Source of the DNA: Candidatus Uhrbacteria bacterium RIFCSPLOWO2_01_FULL_47_17
GTDB taxonomy: Bacteria > Patescibacteriota > Patescibacteriia > UBA9934 > GWF2-40-263
Assembly: GCA_001791305.1 (NCBI GenBank)
Contig: MGEI01000003.1
Span: 112,872-176,871 of the forward strand
DNA: 64,000 bases
Direction: 5' to 3'
In this document: positions 58,294-64,000 of the stretch, piece after piece
Layout: every line of letters begins with the position of its first letter
How positions within the stretch are numbered: position 1 is the stretch's first letter
The notes under the pieces: model-generated
Databases searched by the model: none
What the model was told of the DNA's origin: nothing
The model's input: only the letters and a program-made list of their open reading frames with translations
Position numbers and translations under genes: made by a program

Positions 58294-58390
58294 AAAAGTG
58301 AAAGAGTCAAAAAGTGAAGGATGTTTCTTTCTTTTTTGAAAAAATAGCTCCCACACAATCACTCTTCCACTCTTTCACTTTGTTTCTCTT

Positions 58391-59812
58391 ATGAATGTTG
58401 TCACCCGCTTCGCCCCATCACCAACGGGATACCTTCACGTCGGCGGACTCCGCACGGCGCTTTATAGTTATCTTTACGCAAAACAACAAAATGGAACGTT
58501 TATTTTGCGCATTGAAGACACAGACCAAGCGCGTCTTGTTCCTGGTGCAGTTGACGCATTGATCGCGACGCTCAAAACAATGGGGCTTCCACCAGACAAG
58601 GGTCCATACATCCAGTCCGAGCGCCTCGAACTTTATCGCGAGCATGTACAGCGTCTCCTCGACAAAGGCGATGCCTACTATTGTTTTTGTACAAAAGAAC
58701 GACTTACGGCACTTCGTGAAGAACAGCAGGCCATGAAGTCTCCGATGAAATATGATCGCACCTGTCTGCATTTGTCGAAGGATGAAATTGCCTCGAAGAT
58801 TGCTGCAAACGAACCGCATGTCGTTCGATTACTTGTTCCAGAAGGGAAGACCACGTTTACAGACGAGATCCGTGGTGAGATTACGATCGACAACAAAGAG
58901 GTTGACGATCAGGTTCTCTTAAAAACGGATGGATTTCCAACCTATCACCTCGCGGTTGTCGTTGATGATAATGACATGAGCGTCACACACATTATTCGTG
59001 GTGATGAATGGATTTCATCAGTACCAAAACATGTTATTTTGTACAACATGTTTGGATTTACGCTTCCAAAATTTGCGCATCTTCCACTGATTTTGAACCC
59101 AGATAAATCAAAGCTGTCGAAGCGTCAGGGCGATGTCGCGGTCGAAGATTATCTCGCAAAAGGATATTTGCCGGAAACATTAACCAACTTCGTTGCGCTG
59201 CTCGGATTCAATCCAACAGCCGATCGTGAAATTTATTCGTTCGACGAACTCGTTCAGTTATTCGATCTCTCGAAGATCAACAAGAGTGGTGCTGTATTTG
59301 ATCATGCAAAACTCGACTGGATGAACGGAATGTATCTTCGAACAAAATCAACGCCAGAATTGATCGCCCTCGCAAAGCCGTTTTTCGAGAAGTCTCAGGT
59401 TTCAATCGACCCGTCTTTTCTCGAGCGTATTTGTGAAATCGAAAAAGATCGTCTTGTTACGCTTCAGGATCTCGCGGATCGTGCACTCGAGTATTTGCAA
59501 TCGATCGAATTTGATCCTGCAATACTCGTTTGGAAGAAAGCAGATGCAACGGACGCAAAGATGCATCTCGTTGCTCTTCGTCAGGTTCTCGAGAAGACTC
59601 CAGACGATATGTTCACCGATCGCATACTTCTCGAAGCGGCCGTAAAGAAGTATATTGAAGAGGGAAGTTATCAGAATGGAAATGTGTTGTGGCCATTACG
59701 TGCCGCATTATCCGGAAAAGAAAAATCCCCGAATCCATTTGAATTGCTGTGGATTTTTGGAAAACAAGAATCGCTTAAACGCATTGATCACGCCGTTTCG
59801 CTCTTAAAATGA
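58391..59812 (+). CDS. gltX: Glutamate--tRNA ligase
   Basis: RFAPSPTG.LHVGG, LRIEDTD, KLSKR. Confidence 0.98.
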   Translation: MNVVTRFAPSPTGYLHVGGLRTALYSYLYAKQQNGTFILRIEDTDQARLVPGAVDALIATLKTMGLPPDKGPYIQSERLELYREHVQRLLDKGDAYYCFCTKERLTALREEQQAMKSPMKYDRTCLHLSKDEIASKIAANEPHVVRLLVPEGKTTFTDEIRGEITIDNKEVDDQVLLKTDGFPTYHLAVVVDDNDMSVTHIIRGDEWISSVPKHVILYNMFGFTLPKFAHLPLILNPDKSKLSKRQGDVAVEDYLAKGYLPETLTNFVALLGFNPTADREIYSFDELVQLFDLSKINKSGAVFDHAKLDWMNGMYLRTKSTPELIALAKPFFEKSQVSIDPSFLERICEIEKDRLVTLQDLADRALEYLQSIEFDPAILVWKKADATDAKMHLVALRQVLEKTPDDMFTDRILLEAAVKKYIEEGSYQNGNVLWPLRAALSGKEKSPNPFELLWIFGKQESLKRIDHAVSLLK

Positions 59813-61020
59813 CTATGTCCCACGTTCGGGCAAAAACCATCGTTTCCATTTTCGGAATCTTGATTCTTATTTTTTGCTTTGACGTATCTTTTTTACGCGC
59901 AGATGAGCTCTCGATAACACCTTCCCCCGAAGCCGCACAAACAATTGAGGAAAAAAAGGCAAACATTAATGATTTAAACCAGCAAATTCAGGTTTATCAA
60001 AAAAAAATTGAAGAAGCACAATCACAAGCGGTAACTCTTGAAACGGAACTTGATCTTTTGCAAAACCGCATTGGAAGAACGGAACTGCAAATTCGTGAAA
60101 CAACGGCGCAAATTGATCTTATTAACTCGGAAATCGTCAAAATTCAGCAGAATATTTTGGACATGCAACAAAAGCTGGGCCGTCAAAAAGAACTGATTGT
60201 AACGGTTGTCCAAAAAATTCAAGCGCAAGATCAGGCGCTTCCCATTCAAATTTTTTACGGCACGGATCGCTTTTCTTCGCTTTTAGACACGGTTCAAAGA
60301 CTTGAGCAAATTCAGGGAGATCTTTCAAAAGCTGTTTCTGAAGCAAAAGCAACAAAGAATTCTTTGGAACAATCACGCGTTGATCAAGAAAAAAAACGCG
60401 GTGAAATTGAACAGGTTGAACATGACTTGGAAAAACATAAAACACAGCTGGACGAGGAACAGGAAGCAAAATCCATTATTCTTGCAACAACGCAACAATC
60501 AGAAAAACGATTTCAACAATTAGTTCAAGATTTAAAGCAAGAACAGATTTTCATTCAGAATCAAATTCAACAATTGCAAGCAAAATTAGAACAACGCATT
60601 CAACCAACAGACGAAATCGGTGGGGGACTCCTCTCTTGGCCGATCAATCCAGGCGCAAGAGGTCTCTCTTCAACATTTCATGACCCAACGTATCCGTTTC
60701 GAAATTTATTTGAACATCCTGGAATCGATTTACCTGCGCCAACGGGTACAGCGGTAAAAGCGGCAGCACCAGGATTTGTTGCATGGACGCGTAGGGGAGC
60801 GCAGTATGGAAACTATGTCATGGTGATTCATTCAGAAGGAATTGCAACTCTGTACGCCCATCTTTCTCGCATCGACGTGATTGCAGATCAATATATTCCT
60901 CGCGGCGGCCAAATTGGCGCTGTGGGATCTACAGGATTATCAACAGGCCCTCATCTTCACTTTGAAGTGCGTAAAGAGGGAATACCAGCTGATCCATTGT
61001 TTTATCTACAATTTCCTTAA
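59809..61020 (+). CDS. Coiled-coil M23 peptidase (EnvC/murein hydrolase activator-like)
   Basis: Signal/TM, long coiled coil, HPGID, YGNYV, TLYAHL, STGPHLHFEVR. Confidence 0.9.
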   Translation: MTMSHVRAKTIVSIFGILILIFCFDVSFLRADELSITPSPEAAQTIEEKKANINDLNQQIQVYQKKIEEAQSQAVTLETELDLLQNRIGRTELQIRETTAQIDLINSEIVKIQQNILDMQQKLGRQKELIVTVVQKIQAQDQALPIQIFYGTDRFSSLLDTVQRLEQIQGDLSKAVSEAKATKNSLEQSRVDQEKKRGEIEQVEHDLEKHKTQLDEEQEAKSIILATTQQSEKRFQQLVQDLKQEQIFIQNQIQQLQAKLEQRIQPTDEIGGGLLSWPINPGARGLSSTFHDPTYPFRNLFEHPGIDLPAPTGTAVKAAAPGFVAWTRRGAQYGNYVMVIHSEGIATLYAHLSRIDVIADQYIPRGGQIGAVGSTGLSTGPHLHFEVRKEGIPADPLFYLQFP

Positions 61021-61021
61021 T

Positions 61022-61255
61022 ATGAACATACAAATTGTTACGCTCTTAAAAATTGCTGGATGGATTTTAACGCTTGCACCGCTCGCAGGATTTCTCCTTT
61101 TCGCCATCGTGATGGTTCGTGAGATTTCAAAGAATGACGATGAAAGCATTAAGGGGATCATCAGCATTGGCTTTTTGGTTTTTGGGATCGGAGTTGTTCT
61201 GTTGTTGGTCAGCTACTTAGGGGGTTATTTTTCAGGAACAGGCAGTTCAATATAA
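61022..61255 (+). CDS. Small 2-TM hypothetical protein
   Basis: ATG immediately after the M23 gene stop; two hydrophobic helices. Confidence 0.65.
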   Translation: MNIQIVTLLKIAGWILTLAPLAGFLLFAIVMVREISKNDDESIKGIISIGFLVFGIGVVLLLVSYLGGYFSGTGSSI

Positions 61256-61310
61256 GGAAAAGAGAAGCAAAGAGAGCCCTTCACCCGGGTTCTTCTTGCT
61301 GTTAAAAGTA

Positions 61311-61338
61311 GTGTCGTACAATATATCTTATACGACAC
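61311..61338. other. Candidate dif-like tyrosine-recombinase site
   Basis: GTGTCGTACAA-TATATC-TTATACGACAC: 11-6-11 layout, arms inverted with one mismatch. Confidence 0.55.
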
Positions 61339-61670
61339 TATACAATCACGCCTCAGAAACAGGGGGTATCAGTATACCTTATAAATTGTCTCAATTTAGC
61401 GTAAATAGGGCGATTTATTTAATATCGAATGCAGTGCCCAAGTCTCATGCTGTGTATCATAATCTGCCGCAGAAGATTTTCTTTTCCATATTGATCGAGC
61501 TTGTCGAAAGCTGTTTTGAACAGCACTTCGACCAGTCAGTGAATAACATGGCCAATAGACTCTGTCCGATGTGCACTCGTAGCTTCACGGATCGTGCTGT
61601 GCCCATTTCTCGTCTCCCCCTCTCCTTACCCCTTACAGCCTATTCATTTTACGACACATCTTTCAATCGT

Positions 61671-62498
61671 TTATTTATAGTACACATGATCTCCAAATCG
61701 TAAGTCGATGTACTGCAGTTTAGATGTGTCTTTAATGGTGTCATCCAGAATTGTTTTTAAGCGGTTAAATTGTGCTTGTAAATCCCCATCCGGATCAAAC
61801 ATGATGAGATACCCCTCGAGTGTTACGATTCCGACCCACTTCCCTGTTTGGAGATCTATCTGCGCCTCACGAAATCCAAATCCGTTTGAGGTTAAGATAT
61901 TTTCAAATGCAAGAATATGTTTCATCTGTTCTTCTGTAAGTACGCTATCACCTATTTTAACCGGCTTATTGTTTCGATCTGTGAGGACAGGAAGATTGCG
62001 CAAATTTGCTTGAGAATCGATTTTTTGCGTAATAACACCCTTCAGATCCGCTAAGTATTGTTCCCCACCGGACTTCCAAATTACATCAGATGTTCGTTCT
62101 TTGACGTTTAAAGAAAGGGTTTGTTTTTTGACACGGATTTCCAGACGATCAAACGCAAATGAGTTCGCAAGAAATGTTTGAAGATCTTTTTCAGAAAAAA
62201 GGAACTTGTTTGTTTTATGAAAAAAAAGGAGGTGAGACTGATTAAGGTACGCGCGTACCTGCGTTTCGATTTGTGTGTTTGATGCTGCTTCAAGACCACG
62301 AATTTCTACCTGTTTAAGTGAAAATGCTGGATATGCATAGAAATAAATCATGACGCCGAGAAGAGCTGCAATTCCCGCAGCAAGTCCGTAGAGATACTTC
62401 TTTGTCTGTATCTTTGGTGCCTGAAAATAAGGGTTGCGATACGCACCACGCGAATAGCGTTTTTGTTGCAAACGATGAAAGTGATTTCTCTTTTGCAT
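61671..62498 (-). CDS. ftsQ: Cell division protein FtsQ/DivIB
   Basis: Basic N-tail, single TM, POTRA-like region, C-terminal YIDLRFGDHVYYK. Confidence 0.85.
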   Translation of the reverse strand: MQKRNHFHRLQQKRYSRGAYRNPYFQAPKIQTKKYLYGLAAGIAALLGVMIYFYAYPAFSLKQVEIRGLEAASNTQIETQVRAYLNQSHLLFFHKTNKFLFSEKDLQTFLANSFAFDRLEIRVKKQTLSLNVKERTSDVIWKSGGEQYLADLKGVITQKIDSQANLRNLPVLTDRNNKPVKIGDSVLTEEQMKHILAFENILTSNGFGFREAQIDLQTGKWVGIVTLEGYLIMFDPDGDLQAQFNRLKTILDDTIKDTSKLQYIDLRFGDHVYYK

Positions 62499-62501
62499 AT
62501 G

Positions 62502-63635
62502 CTAAACCACAACACGTGGAATGGCCGCATTAATGCGCGCCAAAACCTCATACGGGATGGTCGAGAGTTTTTGTGCAACGAAATCTGCTGTGATCATATT
62601 GCGCGCGTCTTTTCCAATAAGAATGACTTCCTGGTTCTTTTGAACGTTTGGAATATTGGAAACATCGACCATCATCATGTTCATGCTCACACGTCCCATA
62701 ACTTTACATCGATACCCTCCAATCAATACCTCTCCGCGTGAGGAAAGTTTGCGATCATAACCATCCCAATATCCAACAGGAAGGACCGCAATACGACTAC
62801 GCTTTTGCACGATCTCAGTGAGACCATATCCAATGGGTGTTCCTCCTGCAATAGATTTTACTTGAGCGATACGTGTTTTCCAAGATAGGACAGGCTGAAG
62901 TTCGCATGGAATGGATTGTTTGTGCATGGTTTCTTGAACGGTTGCAGACGACCAGATCCCGTACATCGCAATGCCTGCGCGGACAAGGGTGCCATATGTT
63001 TGTGGGTATAAAAGAATTGCCGCAGAACAAGCGCAGTGGATGTATTGCGGTGAAAGCTCAAACGTTTGTACAAGCTCAAGCGCTTGTGTAAATCGTTGAT
63101 ATTGAAGCGTGGCGTATTCCGGATTGGCCGTGTCTTCGATGTTGGCAAAATGTGTTGATACGCCCACAAGCTGAAGATGTTTTGATTCTCGAAAAATATT
63201 GAGAAGATCAGGAAGATCATCCATGGAAACGCCTTGACGTGATGTTCCAGTTTCAATTTTAAGATGAACACGCGCAGGAAGAGCAGACTTTGAAGCAACA
63301 GCATCGGCTTCTCGTAAACCTTCGAGGTCATAGAGGGTGAGGTCAATTTGTTCACGAATCGCTTCATGAAATCGTTCCGACATGGTGTAGCCGAGGACGA
63401 TGATCAGAGAGGTTGGAAATAAATCACGTAAAATGAGTGCGTCATCGATGCTATCGACACCAAACGCATCAACGCCATTGCGACGCGCAATACGTGCAAC
63501 TTCTTTCAGGCCATGTCCATACGCATTTGCCTTTACGACTGCACAAAAAACAGCCCCGTTCCCAACAAGGGATCGGAGTGTTTGGATGTTATGAGCAAGT
63601 GCCTGCTCTTTAATTTCAACCCATGTTCGGTGCAT
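62502..63635 (-). CDS. alr: Alanine racemase
   Basis: AVVKANAYGHG, HLKIETG..RQG, GYWDG, GRVSMN, TIPYE. Confidence 0.96.
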   Translation of the reverse strand: MHRTWVEIKEQALAHNIQTLRSLVGNGAVFCAVVKANAYGHGLKEVARIARRNGVDAFGVDSIDDALILRDLFPTSLIIVLGYTMSERFHEAIREQIDLTLYDLEGLREADAVASKSALPARVHLKIETGTSRQGVSMDDLPDLLNIFRESKHLQLVGVSTHFANIEDTANPEYATLQYQRFTQALELVQTFELSPQYIHCACSAAILLYPQTYGTLVRAGIAMYGIWSSATVQETMHKQSIPCELQPVLSWKTRIAQVKSIAGGTPIGYGLTEIVQKRSRIAVLPVGYWDGYDRKLSSRGEVLIGGYRCKVMGRVSMNMMMVDVSNIPNVQKNQEVILIGKDARNMITADFVAQKLSTIPYEVLARINAAIPRVVV

Positions 63636-63686
63636 AAAGCAAAAGTGGTTGAGTGATGGAGTGGTGGAGTGAACGTACTTTTGTCT

Positions 63687-64000
63687 TTATTTTTTTTGAA
63701 ACACGGCAAGTGTCTCTATTGGGATGTTTCGATCGTGTTCCTGCATCCAGCGTTCAAGGTCGTCTCTGAGGGCAAGTTGATCAAAGCCGAGGACGATCAG
63801 GTCGGGCTGTACCTCGTCAAGAATGCGGTAGGAGCCGAGTTCTTCATCGCTCAACATGGCTCGAGAGACATGCGGATCCTTAGCCACGCGTGCGAGGCGA
63901 GTTTGTTCATCGTTGTGAGGTTCTTTGTGCTTAAGCGCTCTCACGTGTGCGTCTCGAGCAACCGCAGCCACAAGCTCACTTCCCTTCTTTGCCGCTTCTT
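63687..64000 (-). CDS. Cytidylyltransferase/FAD synthase (RibL-like), 5' end outside the window
   Basis: VARD..V..K..P..E..RL, PDLIVLGFDQ. Confidence 0.75.
   Translation of the reverse strand, partial: EAAKKGSELVAAVARDAHVRALKHKEPHNDEQTRLARVAKDPHVSRAMLSDEELGSYRILDEVQPDLIVLGFDQLALRDDLERWMQEHDRNIPIETLAVFQKK

Noticed and set aside
61296-61703. 135-aa plus-strand ORF and a 49-aa minus-strand ORF in the gap near ftsQ
   Set aside because: No recognisable motifs, non-ATG start or overlap with ftsQ; treated as non-coding
1-64000. tRNA, rRNA, riboswitch, transposase or alternative genetic code
   Set aside because: None recognised by eye in the intergenic gaps; conserved genes end normally at TGA, TAA or TAG. 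A covariance-model scan would be needed to exclude small RNAs

Overview
A 64-kb chromosomal segment of a small-genome bacterium using the standard genetic code. It is most likely Patescibacteria/CPR, Parcubacteria/ABY1-like; this is an inference from the short AlaRS, degenerate PriA, RpoA lacking its C-terminal domain, a DUF87/TrwB-like ATPase pair and SD-poor core genes. The backbone is housekeeping: dnaB-ybaB-recR, folD, glyA, murC/murB, hpf, secA, secDF, mnmA, era, rlmD, murJ, alaS, the infA-rpmJ-rpsMKD-rpoA-rplQ-rplM-rpsI cluster, a Wzx/GT/O-antigen-ligase polysaccharide locus, fmt/def/priA, clpB with CIRCE, gltX, ftsQ and alr. I found no tRNA, rRNA, CRISPR array, transposase or integrase. 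Five observations stand out. (1) There are two expression-signal grammars: core genes have a -10 box 6-11 nt before a SD-less ATG (near-leaderless), while seven orphan accessory genes each have a TTGAC-N17-(-10) promoter and a Shine-Dalgarno site, most also a terminator. (2) An island between murC and murB encodes two myxobacterial/Dictyostelium-type Cys-rich repeat lipoproteins. (3) Several families of short REP-like palindromes and periodic repeats occur, many translated in-frame inside housekeeping genes. (4) A symmetric 11-6-11 dif-like site lies at 61311-61338. (5) SecD carries an inserted parvulin PPIase region. All calls come from reading the sequence by eye; no searches were run.
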